A stretch of 64,000 nt of DNA, from positions 312,914,001-312,978,000 of the forward strand of contig OZ024741.1 in assembly GCA_964016885.1 (NCBI GenBank), written 5' to 3'. The position numbers and the translations under genes are program-made. Positions 42,078 through 54,100 of this stretch are shown one piece after another. Within the stretch, counting starts at the first letter, position 1. Every line of letters starts with the position of its first letter. The notes beneath the pieces are model-generated. The model did no database searches. It had not been told where the DNA came from and saw only the letters and a list, made by a program, of their open reading frames with translations. Source of the stretch: Eledone cirrhosa (taxonomy: Eukaryota).

Positions 42078-42669
42078 CTCTTCATCTCCACTTTTTTCTT
42101 TCTCTCCGTCTCTTCTCTAACTGTGCTTAACACTATAACTAAATAATTACCGTACTCCCTCTCTCTTAAATCTCTCTATTTGTATGGTGAATTATTATTA
42201 TTCATCTGTTGCCTTCGGTTGCCTCTCTTTTTTCACCTCCTCCTTCTTTATCTCTCCCCTATTTCTCTCTATTTCTCTCTGTTTTTCTTTACATACATTT
42301 CTTCTTTCTCTCCGTCTTTCTTTCTAACTGTGCTTAACACTATAACTAAATAATTATAAACACCTCACTACCAAGCCATCTTCCTAACTTAATGGTCGCT
42401 TATATTTATGGTACGTCAAAATTATTTATAAAACTGTTTATATATTTTATTTTATTTGACGAAGGCATGCCATATTTTTAATATGGTATCCCTGAAATAT
42501 GTATAATGAAATAAATATGGTTTTATAAATATAGTTTCCATTTGTTTAATATCGTATATCTACTCCAAAAACTTGTCGAGTGCTTTATATCGGTTATAAA
42601 ATATTTACTTGTTGTAACCCAACAATTTGAAATAAAACTTTTGCATATATATATATATATATAAACTTA

Positions 42670-43200
42670 TGGGTTTGCCGAACATTTATTATAATGTTCG
42701 GTTTGTTTGTAAACAAACCAAACTAAGAGTGATAAATGAAATTTCGTTTCATTCTTTTCCATTTATTGTTTACGGTACGCCCGGCCGACTAACTCACTCG
42801 ATATGCAAATTAGGCTGCTCAGCCGTTAATATTGATAAGGAAACTATATACTTTCAAACGTTCAATCATCTGACAGGAAGGTATACGATGCTGACGATAG
42901 CTAATAAGCTTGAAACTAGTTCATCGTCCCTTTGTCAGTGTTGAACAAAAGGGCCACGACGGTTGCCGAACACTGTACAGCTTAATTCGGGCTGTTTGTT
43001 TACAAACAAACCGAATATTATAATAAATGTTCGGTAACCCCATACGTACATATATATATGTGTGCATATATGTATATATATATACATACTACTGTACGTC
43101 TGTATACATATATGTATGTACGTATACATACTTATATTTAAGTATCAGCCGTACTAAGAGTGACAAAGGAAATTTCGTTTCATTCTTTTCCATTTATGTA
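42670..43200 (+). mobile_element. Non-coding hammerhead-bearing repeat (retrozyme-like), about 1.1 monomers of ~430 nt
   Basis: ACTAAGAGTGA..GAAATTTCGTTTCATTCTTTTCCATTTAT occurs at 42722 and 43153; homologous (inverted) to 50063-50930; no coding similarity seen. Confidence 0.75.
42885..42927 (+). ncRNA. Minimal type I hammerhead ribozyme
   Basis: ACGATG-CTGACGA-TAGCT AATA AGCTT-GAAA-CTAG-TT^-CATCGT: 6-bp stem I, palindromic stem III. Confidence 0.88.
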
Positions 43201-43904
43201 CTCCTATATTCCTTAATAGTTATTATATTTATTACATCTTAGAAGTTTAAAAACTTATAATAACCGCTTTATTTATTTTTAATTTTACTTGAACTGTTAT
43301 TTTTTTATTTTTTATCCGATATTTACTTTTTCATTTTACTTTGTATTTTAATTTTTTTTTTACCTTGTTATTCAATTTGTACTTTAAGTTTTAATTTTAC
43401 CTTTTTCTTTATTTTTGAATTCATTGTTCATTACATTTTAACGACAGTCCACGCTTCACACAACCAATTGCACCAATCTAGTTATACACACACTTCGCAT
43501 CCATGCTTTCAGAGTTAAACCCATTGTATACGAATCTATCATTAGAACTATTTGAGTTTCATTTCAATTGCGTGCACTGAATCATCTTATACATTATTAC
43601 AGTCAACCTATCGTTCTCATTGTTATTGATATCGCTATTTTTATTAATATTGTGATTATTATTATTGTTAATTCATCGTTAATACTAATATTTATTATTG
43701 TGTTATTGTTTTACTCTTACAATTACTGATATTGTTGTAATTGTTTTCTTTATTTTCAATGTCGGAATTAGTATTGTAATCATTTTGTCAGTTTGTGTTT
43801 TAGTTTAAAATGGCAGCGCCTTCGCTGTGGTTGATATCATGTTATGAGAGTATAAATATCACAAGAGATTATAATGCAGAAATAACAGGGTGTGAATCAT
43901 ATAG

Positions 43905-44020
43905 TTGTTTCTATTTTTGGTAAAAGGCCAGCAATTAACCCACTGTATTATTGGTACTTTATTTTATCGACCCTGTAAGGATGAAAGGCAAAGTTAACCT
44001 GGGCGAGATTTGAACTCTGA
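43905..44020 (-). mobile_element. SINE 3' part, Nin/Deu-like family
   Basis: Reverse complement of GAGTTCAAATCTCGCCCAGGTTAACTTTGCCTTTCATCCTTACAGGGTCGATAAAATAAAGTACC. Confidence 0.8.
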
Positions 44021-44233
44021 TTTGCCTTTGATATATCAACTCAGTTACACAATTGTGATTACACATGATGATGTCACCACGGTGTAGGTTGCTGTTTTTA
44101 TGATTGCACAACAGTTCTTCATTTATGTCAAAATACTTGACAAGTACGATTGACATACTTACAACTGTTTATCAATGAGACGTTGCAACTTAACTCTTAG
44201 GGATAAGCAACACATTAATAAGCATTTATATAT

Positions 44234-44334
<101 letters not shown>

Positions 44335-44760
44335 TTCATAGAAAGATGAGAAAACACAAATGTAGTATAGCTGTTAAAACAGCTAAATGCCGTCAAAGGC
44401 AGCAAAATGGAAGGGTCAGCATCTAGTAGAGAAGAGAAGAGAAAGGTTGAACAGAAGGAGAGAGAGATAATTGGTAGATAGAAGACGAAAAATGAAAACA
44501 ACTATTGGCGGTAAACCTAAGGCACATCACGTAGAGCGACAAAGAGAGAGAGCCTACTTAGTTTGTCTCACTTGCCATCCAACCTCTGGCTCCTGCTTGG
44601 CAGAATCCACCCAGATCTACCTTTAATCATACATGAGTAGAAGAATTCTTCGGGTGAATCGCTTAATCTCAAGTTTGGTGTCCTAAAATCTATACACAAC
44701 TCATCATTTAGACTGAGTGCTCTACTACTGTTGGATATAACCTCCCGTTTTTTAACACTA

Positions 44761-44836
<76 letters not shown>

Positions 44837-45409
44837 AGATTATATATATATAGGAGAGAGAGAGAATTGTATGCAGATAGTAGACCAGTTAGGACATTGC
44901 CACAACACTCCAACAGTACTCGATGTGCTAGATCTCGAATTATATTGAAATACGCACCCAGCCGAAGCATTTCAGATTTCAACTGGTGCAAGACAGCCTG
45001 TGTTTCAAGAGGTTTAGTGACTATGCACAGTGTTGTTTCCTTAGCATACATCTGGTCTCTTCAGATTAGTTTATCCACAAATGGTTCTATGTAGAAGCAG
45101 GTGTGTACAGATAGTGGAGCTGATAATATATTTTTTGTCTGTCTTTTATCAGCCACCCTTTAAAGTGGTGACCGCATCAATAGGTATTTATAGAATCATA
45201 GGGACGTTTCCCCAGCACCACCAACAGGCATACACGTTACTAGTCATCGCTAGCATTCCATGGAACCGATGGAGGATAGATTAATGTTCTAAAGACCATC
45301 TGAAGAGACCCGATTAATGCTAGGGAGAAAACTCTGCATAGGCGTCAAAGCAGGTGAAACATTTGTAATGGAATATTTCCGAATAAATATATGTAAAATC
45401 CCATTATCT

Positions 45410-45499
<90 letters not shown>

Positions 45500-45544
45500 A
45501 TATATATATATGTATACTAAATACGTAGCATGTTTGTGATATGC

Positions 45545-45669
45545 CTCGTTGGCAATTAGAACCGGAGCACATCCATCTTTGCAATATCCATTTACTATGT
45601 TGCAGTGACCGTTGTTGATACAGTGATATGTTCCTTTACAATTTAAACCATAACTTCCTGGGTCACAAT
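45545..45669 (-). pseudogene. EGF-like pseudoexon (paralog of 6520-6654)
   Basis: DCDPGSYGLNCKGTYHCINNGHCNIVNGYCKDGCAP, then a 10-bp deletion (125 bp total), a Cys-to-Tyr change and a GT-to-GC donor. Confidence 0.88.
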
Positions 45670-45810
45670 CTGGATCCATCAAATAGAGAATAATGTTGCA
45701 TTTATTATTTATTACATGCAGTTATAAATGAGACATGGAAGATGTAATGTCATAACATATCAATAATGCTATTGTGATAAACCAATGAACCTGAATAAAC
45801 TTATTAAATA

Positions 45811-46942
45811 CTAGCAGAATGGCCCGGCGTTGCTCGGCATTTGCTATAGGGTTCTTATATATTTGATATATATTTATCCTTATCGAACCTCGTGAAATAA
45901 ATACGTTTGTTTATATTTTGTTATTGTGTATGCAAACATATCTGTCCATAAATATATAATTATATATATTTAAATTATTTAGAAGTGAAGCATATCAATT
46001 TGTCTCTGGATGTTTACTGAGGAGAGCGGGACTTGATATTCCTACACTTATTTAACTCGAAACATATTTGGATCTTAAAGTCTAAACTTATCTACGGAAC
46101 AGGTTTGATTTTGAAATTTAAATGTGTCTAAACATCACGGCCTTTTGCCAATACAGTTCGTCACCGTTGATTTATTATTTTAAATCGATATGGACAAACT
46201 GTAGTATAATAATTAGTATACTTCAATCTGGCTAAATTTTTCTTTCGCAATATATATACAGATGTGTTGGTATCTGTGTTTCATCACATACATATTAATT
46301 ATATATATATATTAAAATAACAGACTAAAGTTTAAGCAAAGAATCACTGCTTTCACCCTTAACGGGATATTCTACCTAAAAGCAGTATGAAGTACATAGA
46401 CTAAGACTAATTGATTTAATCTTTGGCCTTGTTTGTTTACATTTTGTTTTTGTGTATGCAAAAATATCTGTACACGAATATCTATATTAAAATAACATAT
46501 TAATGTTTAAGCAAAGAATCGCTGCTTTCAACCTTAACGGGATCTTCTTAAACTAAAAAAATCAATCTGGAAAACAGGAAGACGATACTTTGGTTCTTGA
46601 AAACGTTCCCTGGCATAAGAATATATATACACACACACACTGATCGCGTCATAATGACGTAATGCAGACAGTCAGGCATACAGACATATATTATGAAGGC
46701 GCGACGTCATATCTATGTATCTATCTAAAAAGAGAAAGACTAAGAGAAAGAGAAAGAGATCGCTAAATCGCCTAATGCGGTCCCTAAGACATTGAACATT
46801 TGAAATTTTTTTGCTCAAAACACTTCCGGGGTCATACGAGTTACATGTATAAATGTATAAAGTTTGAAAAAAAGGGGTTGGGTACTTCTCGAGTTTTAGG
46901 GAAACAGACACACAGACATCCTCTGTTTTATATATATATAGA
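45811..46942 (-). mobile_element. Non-autonomous Helitron
   Basis: Minus strand 5' TCTATATATATATAAAAC ... 3' hairpin CCGAGCAACGCCGG then CTAG; inserted between A and T with no TSD; empty site in the paralog at about 6795. Confidence 0.92.
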
Positions 46943-47114
46943 TTATATTGATACTCTATAATATATACAGAGATATCTATGCTCGGTAAAATCAATGTTA
47001 CAAAACATAATGGAAGAGACAAACAATATAATCGGAAAAATAGCAGGACGTGTTCCTACGATTATTATCGTTTTTGTTCCCACATTTAACGATAATAACT
47101 TAACGAATCAGTGA

Positions 47115-47168
<54 letters not shown>

Positions 47169-47175
47169 CTATCTA

Positions 47176-47278
<103 letters not shown>

Positions 47279-47840
47279 AGTATATTTACCAACATATGCG
47301 TACAGATCTGTGTGTGTGTTTGTTGTAAGGTGTGTTAAAGATGTGAGCATGACACGCCTGAATGGGCCAGTTCAGAGAAAGTGAATGCATTTTGGGGGAG
47401 GATTGCTAAGGCTGGGCACTCGTCCTGGAGATCAGGGCATTCCTAGTTTTATGTGAATTTTCGACGAGCAGACCTCCAAAATCTCCACCCTATTGCGGAT
47501 TTCCCTTTTTTTAATTTTACTTGTTACCTTTCTTGTATTAATGTTACGCTTATTTGCACATATCCCACACACTGACACACGCACGTGTCTGAGTGTGTGT
47601 TTCTGTCGGTGTTTGAGTATATGTATGAAAGGTTATGATACTCACACTCCCCACAACAACACACACACAAATATATTTCGATATAAATACCCCCTCCGCC
47701 TCCGTGGTATTTTCTTCGGGGTTATAACAGGCTTAGCTCTGTTTTTCGACCGTTATATCGCGTGACTATCTCCCCCTCCGCCTTTTGGGATTCTTTCTCA
47801 CGTCGTGTAGACGCGTTCTTGAGACTAGTAAAATGAGGTA

Positions 47841-47930
47841 TCCTCTTGATAAGTCGGCAGACCTCCCAAGGACTCTATATCTTTATGATGTATTGTTTTT
47901 GTTTATGCCACGAAACTACGTAGTCGAGGA
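47841..47930 (+). ncRNA. Type I hammerhead ribozyme, U3-A8 core variant with long stem II
   Basis: TCCTC-TTGATAA-GTCGGCA...TGCCAC-GAAA-CTACGTAG-TC^-GAGGA: perfect stem I, palindromic stem III, GUC triplet; lies in a non-coding insert (about 47625-48000) ending at (TA)n. Confidence 0.8.
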
Positions 47931-47996
47931 ATCTAGGAGCAGTTTAGGTATGATACATTTTATTACTAATTATATCTAAATGTTTTTTCTCTCTTC

Positions 47997-48030
<34 letters not shown>

Positions 48031-48142
48031 TAAGAGGAATTCCAACTTTGTATGATTGACTCGTTTTCTTTACAATCCTTTAAAATTTATAATGGTATTA
48101 TAATGAAATAGTATGATAGAATATTAAATGTTAAGTGTTAAT

Positions 48143-48181
48143 TGAACAAGTACTTTCATGCTTTCGCAATCTTCAGGTTCA
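48143..48181 (-). ncRNA. Minimal hammerhead ribozyme (inverted pLTR copy)
   Basis: Exact reverse complement of 49594-49632. Confidence 0.85.
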
Positions 48182-49593
48182 TAATGTGTGGTGACAGTCA
48201 AGTTTGCAATTTTCAACTGTAATGAGATGGGTAAAATATAGTGAAAAGTGGCTCCAGAATGCTAAATCTTGCAAACTGTATTTCGATCAATCGGTGTGTA
48301 GTTTCACTGAATTACTAAAGCTGATTGGTTTAGGCGTCACCGTTGGTTGAGCATGTTTAACGACCACTAATTGATCCTATCCAAAGCATCAATTGTTTTG
48401 CTATTTTTTAGAAATGATGAAAATAGCATTTTCTAGTAATCATCACCATCAACATCACTTTTATTATTATTATTATTGTTGTTGTTGTTGTTAGTGGCCG
48501 TAGTCATACTCATAGTAGAAGTAATACCCCTAAGCATTATTATTGTTCATTTAGCTAGGGTTTGAATTTATCAATAAAATTAATTTGTTTGATTTTTCTC
48601 TTGATTTCACTTGGGCTGTGTAATTTGTAGAATGGGAATATTATAAATATTCCCTGACCACATGTCGTTAGATGGTTACTTAGGGGTATCTGTCACCAGA
48701 ATATCTTCAACACTGCCAAAGCAAATCTACCGATCATTTCTCAAAGTAATGAATTAAAAGGCTTAATCACAAATCGATCTTTGACTCTTAGTAAAAGACA
48801 GCCAAAAAATTTGAAGCAATTACTAACAAAAGCAAAGTTTGACCTTAACAACAAAAACCAATCATTCACTGTATCTAAATGCAATGATAGTCGATGTAGC
48901 ACATGTCAATCCATACACGCCGGTCAATATATGAAAACAAAAACTGGAAATATATTCCCAAATGCAAATATGAACTGCAAAAGCAGAAATCTAATTTACT
49001 GCATTAAATGCCCGAATTGTGAAGAACTATATGTCGGTCAAACTAGAAATGCACTATCAGAACGTGCACGGGTACACCGTCAGCAAATCAGAGACCCAAA
49101 TGTCCGTCAGATACCACTAAGTAACCATCTAGCAACATTTGGTCAGGGAATATTTATAATATTCCCATTCTACAAGTTACACAGCCCAAGTGAAATCAAG
49201 AGAAAAATCAAAGAAAATAATTTTATTGATAAATTCAAACCCAAGCTAAATGAACAATAATAATGCTATGGGGTATTACTTCTACTATGACTATGACTAC
49301 GACCACTAACAAAAACAACAACAACAATAATAGTAATAATAATAAAAGTGATGTTGATGGTGATGATTACTAGAAAATGCTATTTTCATCATTTCTAAAA
49401 ATAGCAAAACAATTGATGCTTTGGATAGGATCAATTAGTGGTCGTTAGTAATTCAGTGAAACTACACACCGATTGGGCGAAATACAGTTTGCAAGACTTA
49501 GCATTCTGGGCCACTTTTCACTGTATATAAGGTACACAATTTACCCATCTCATTACAGTTGAAAATTGCAAACATGACTGTCACCACACATTA

Positions 49594-49632
49594 TGAACCT
49601 GAAGATTGCGAAAGCATGAAAGTACTTGTTCA
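49594..49632 (+). ncRNA. Minimal type I hammerhead ribozyme in PLE 3' end
   Basis: TGAAC-CTGAAGA-TTGC GAAA GCAT-GAAA-GTAC-TT^-GTTCA. Confidence 0.87.
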
Positions 49633-49798
49633 ATTAACACTTAACATTTAATCTTCTATCATACTATTTCATTATAATACCATTATAAATTTTAAAGGAT
49701 TGTAAATAAAACGAGTAAATCAGACAAAGTTGTAATTCCTCTTATTAATATAATCTTCTATACACAATCATACACACCCGTGTATATTTATCTATCTA

Positions 49799-49839
<41 letters not shown>

Positions 49840-49844
<5 letters not shown>

Positions 49845-49910
49845 ATTTAATGTTGTTGATACAATGACATGTCTCTTTACAATTTAACCCAACATTTCCT
49901 GCTCGACATT
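49840..49910 (-). pseudogene. Truncated EGF-like exon (paralog of 7650-7730)
   Basis: TTTCAG acceptor then ECRAGNVGLNCKETCHCINNIKCD running directly into (TA)n. Confidence 0.82.
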
Positions 49911-50331
49911 CTGAAATTATCAGTATAGATAATAATGTTGCAGATATCATTATGTACATACAGGTATACATGAGATAACAATCATACAATTTTATACCAT
50001 ATCAATATTTTAAAGATTATAACAAACGAATTAAACTGAATACGGCTATTGTATATTATATCTGGAATAGAATGAAACGAAATTTCATTTCTCAAACTTA
50101 GAACGGCACTTACTTAAATGCATGTATGTATGTATGTATGTATACGTACATACATATATGTATACAGACGCACAATAGTATGTATATATATACATACATG
50201 CACACAAATATATATGGACGTATCGGTTTCCCGAACATATATTATATGTTTGTAAACAAACAAACAGCCCGAAATACGCCGTACAGTGTTTAGGCAACCA
50301 CGTCAACTTTTTGTTCATTACTGACACAGGA

Positions 50332-50374
50332 ACGATGTACTAGTTTCAAGATTATTAACTCTTGTTAGCATCGT
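50332..50374 (-). ncRNA. Degenerate hammerhead (core mutated to CTAACAA)
   Basis: ACGATG-CTAACAA-GAGTTAATAATCTT-GAAA-CTAG-TA-CATCGT. Confidence 0.65.
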
Positions 50375-50627
50375 ATACCTTCCTGCCAGATGGTTGAACG
50401 TCTGAAAGTATATACTTTCCTTATGCATATTAACGGCTGAGCAGCCTAATTTGCATATCGAGTGAGTTCAGTCGGCCGGGCGCACTGAAAACGATAAATG
50501 GAATAGAATGAAACGAAATTTAATTTCTCTCTCTTTAAGGGCACTTACTTAAATGTATGTATGTATGTATATGTACATACATATATGTATACAGAGGTAC
50601 AGTAGTATGTATATATATGCATACATG

Positions 50628-50676
<49 letters not shown>

Positions 50677-50802
50677 GTATCGGTTTACCGAACATTTATT
50701 ATAATGCTCGGTTTGTTTGTTTGTAAATAAACAAACAGCCCGAATTACGCCGTACAGTGTTTAGGCAACCACGTCACCTTTTTGTTCAACACTGACACAG
50801 TA

Positions 50803-50845
50803 ACGATGTACTAGTTTCAAGCTTATTAGCTATCGTCAGCATCGT
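50803..50845 (-). ncRNA. Intact minimal type I hammerhead ribozyme
   Basis: ACGATG-CTGACGA-TAGCT AATA AGCTT-GAAA-CTAG-TA^-CATCGT (GUA triplet). Confidence 0.88.
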
Positions 50846-51052
50846 ATACCTTCCTGCCAGATGGTTGAACATCTGAAAGTGTATACTTTCCTTAATCATA
50901 TTAACGGCTGAACAGCCTAATTTTCATATCGATACTACATAACACAGAGTGATTATATTTGACTATAATGTTCCGAAACCATATGGATGTAACAATCAAT
51001 ATAAGTACTAAAATTAATTACATTCATAAATAGTAAACATTTTACACTATTT

Positions 51053-51122
51053 AGTGCACCTATGACAATCGGGACGACCTTGACTTCATGGCAGTTCCAA
51101 CTCCTTTTTACATCCAACTTTA
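51053..51122 (-). mobile_element. Short Dong fragment (REL C-terminus)
   Basis: KLDVKRSWNCHEVKVVPIVIGAL, matching 57210-57285. Confidence 0.75.
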
Positions 51123-51149
51123 ATTATTATTATTATTATTATTATTATT

Positions 51150-54100
51150 GTTGGTGAAGCTACGCTTCTTATCGCCTCCAGTTTTTTTCAACGTTTTACC
51201 TCGTTTTCAACCGTTCTAAACCTTTTATTTAAGTTTTAAATTTGATAAAAGTTTAGAAGAAGTGACCCATAAAATACAGGGGTTCACTCGTAAATAATAC
51301 GGCACCCCTTTACGGGGTGTCGTAATTGTGTAAAAATATCTTTTGAAAAGAAATTTCAACATGGATAACACAAGAAAGAGAGAGAGCACTGTCAGACAAC
51401 ACAGAGAGAGGGAGATTTTATCAGCTTTTCAACAAGACAGCGTTACAGTGGAGGTAAACATAAACGAAAATATTACAAAGGAAAAGAGGATTGTTACAGA
51501 TTTAAAATTACCAAACATTTCTAATACAAACAACACCAACAATAACACCAACAACAACACCAACAACAACACCATCGATAACAACAGCAACAGCAAAAAT
51601 AACACCGGTAAAGTCGAAAACGACAATAACAAAAATACCAGCGGTAAGGTCGAGAACGACAATAACAATGACAATAACAACAGCCACAACAACAATAATA
51701 GTAGGAACAGTATCAACAAAAACAACAATAATAACAACAGCCACAATAACAGTAACAACAGCAACAGTATCAACGTAAACAACACCAACAACACCAACAA
51801 CTGTACCAACGAAAACATCAACAATGACATCGATACCTGTAACAGCGATCTCACCACCACCAGTAAGACAAGTAGCGGCAGCAATAGTAGTGCTGCTGAA
51901 AAAGGGACCACTTCTTTTGCAGGTGTCGCCCGAAATATCGAGACAGTGTTAGTCACAGAGGATGAGATGGCAGTCGCAAGGGCCATGGTGACAATAAGCG
52001 CCAATAGAGTCTCACTCTTTGGAAACCCTAATGAGTGAGGAGATAGTGTTGGTGCACTCCTACTGCTGGCAGAAAATTGTGAGGGTCAAAGTGACCCAGG
52101 TCCCACCCGACGTGCCCAAACCTTGGCTTGCCGCGTCTGTCCTTGCTGGAATCGAAGACAGGACGACCATGCTGCAAGTAGAGAAAATAGGGAGAGAGAA
52201 CTGGTCAGGTATAGGCATGCAAATGCTTATACAAACTGACCAGGAATGTATCGACGCTATCCCCGATATCATAGACATCGAGGAAGGACTCCAACTCCCT
52301 ATAAGCGTAGAAGGGAGACGGACAATGTTATCTCTGTGGGTCGAAGGGTCACCTCAAGGCCTTTTGCCCGCAGAAGACAGCGAAGAAGAAGGCCCCTCTC
52401 CTTCCAATACCTGGTCCGCTGCTACCAAAAGCAGGGCAGGTAACAAAACCAGAAGCCCCTTCCATGGTGAGTAGGAGGGAAACGTCCGTGGCACCCGTAC
52501 CAAGGCCACGGACAACTAAAGCAGCAGCATCAGTGGCGGCAACACCAATAGCTACATTTGAAGTAGCTACACCAGCAACAAAATTGCCGAAGAGGGCTCC
52601 ACTACCCGCACCAATAGCCGTGGAGCACATACCCCTCCCAGACCCCACAGAATCCGACATGTGGTTTGAGGCGGGAGTGAAGTGGCAAACGGCCTGCCAC
52701 AAAAAACAAAAAACAAAAAAAACTTAGATTCACCCTCCAAAAGCGAAGGCACACAACGAGGGGTAAAGGCGGGAAGGAAACTTGCAGCAACACCACCACC
52801 ATCACCATCACCACCACAAGCACCACCGCCAACAACAACCACACCACCACCAGTATCACCAAAAACACTAACAACGCAAAAAAATTACAGACACCAAACA
52901 GCAACAAGAAAAAAACAGCAACAAAATCATCCCTTCCCCCAAAAAGTACACATCCATAAACATGGCAAATAAAGAACTCATACAATATATAAAGCAGAAC
53001 ACAGACATCACAGAAAAAAACTACTACACTCCACCAACACCAAGAACTCTTCCGACAAACATAAGCATAATTGAAATCTCAATAGAACAGTACTAACCTT
53101 TAAAACAAAAATTCCCCAACGGAGTTGGAGACTTCAGAGGTTCGGTTACCAAGAGGATATACACTGACATCCTCTTTGAAACACCCATGACCAGCCAAAG
53201 CTACGATCAAGGTAAGTGACCCTTTCTCTCTTGCCCCGTTTCTCATCCAACATGGCCGTCCTCAGAATAGGCAGTATAAATGTACGTGGCCTGGGGTCAT
53301 CTTGGAAGCAGGGTCACTAAACATAGGTCACTAAACATAGGTGTGGTGGCCATCAGCGAGACCAGAATCTCCGAAGGACAAGCCTTCGCACCGATCTTCG
53401 GCGGCTTCGATGTATACGCATCTCCCAGCCGTCCAGGATCGGGGGAGGGGTTGACGTCCTTTTTCGGAGAGGCTTGGATCTCGCCACACGGGCCATCTTC
53501 CTAGACCCAGAAGGTAAGTCGGTGGTGCTGGACGTGACCGACAGCGAAGGCAATGCTTTCAGGCTAGTAGCCGTATACGCCCCAACAGGGGCAGGACGGC
53601 CAGATTCCTTCAGACGTCTAGAGACTTTTCTTGGAACGTCCCGCTCTTTAGTGTTAGTGGGCGACTGGAACGGTATCTTGGATGCACGCTGGGATTGTGT
53701 GGGGCTAGTGGATAGGGGAGGAGGGTGCAAGAGCCTCACTAACCTGCTCAGACGTTTCGAACTGTCTGACAGGTATCGACTGGATCACCCGAATGTGCCA
53801 ATGTGGACATGGACAAACCGCATCGGGTCATCCAGATGGTATCTCGATAGGGTATTCTGTAGAGAACTAGATAAGACTAGTATAAGTTGTCCACAATTTA
53901 AAATAGTCGACTACACAGGCCAAAAATGTTTGATCTGTGAGATCAACATAGACAGACTTCATATAACAAGAGCCCGGTTACTGGAAGCTGAACGCGTCTT
54001 TCCCGGCTCGCAAATCCTACAGAGACCGGATTAGCGTATTAGTTAAGCGGGCGTTGACGGGAGCGGTCGTCAACAACAGGTGGTGGTTCGCCCTGAAAAG

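Larger units (their letters stand above)
48025..49750 (+). mobile_element. Penelope-like element 3' part (Neptune-type) with a ~650-bp inverted copy of its 3' end
   Basis: ORF 48781-49260 KCNDSRCSTC...NLIYCIKCPNCEELYVGQT....RARVHRQQI (GIY-YIG). 48025-48693 is the reverse complement of about 49105-49750. Confidence 0.92.
50063..50930 (-). mobile_element. Tandem (~1.9 monomers, period ~430-470 nt) hammerhead-bearing non-coding repeat, retrozyme-like
   Basis: 50063-50460 repeats at 50499-50930; hammerheads at 50332-50374 and 50803-50845; ATATC at both junctions; absent from the paralog at about 7880. Confidence 0.82.

Noticed and set aside
42060-42360. Local duplication of ~100 bp (42065-42150 and 42275-42358); similarly 37755-37810 and 37908-37960
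   Set aside because: Short decayed tandem duplications with no ribozyme, termini or coding signal.
51429-52004. Hydrophobic, membrane-like ORFs (also 18350-18891, 14390-14980, 115-357)
   Set aside because: Antisense readings of AAC/ACC-rich Tx1 ORF1 or of purine-rich tracts.
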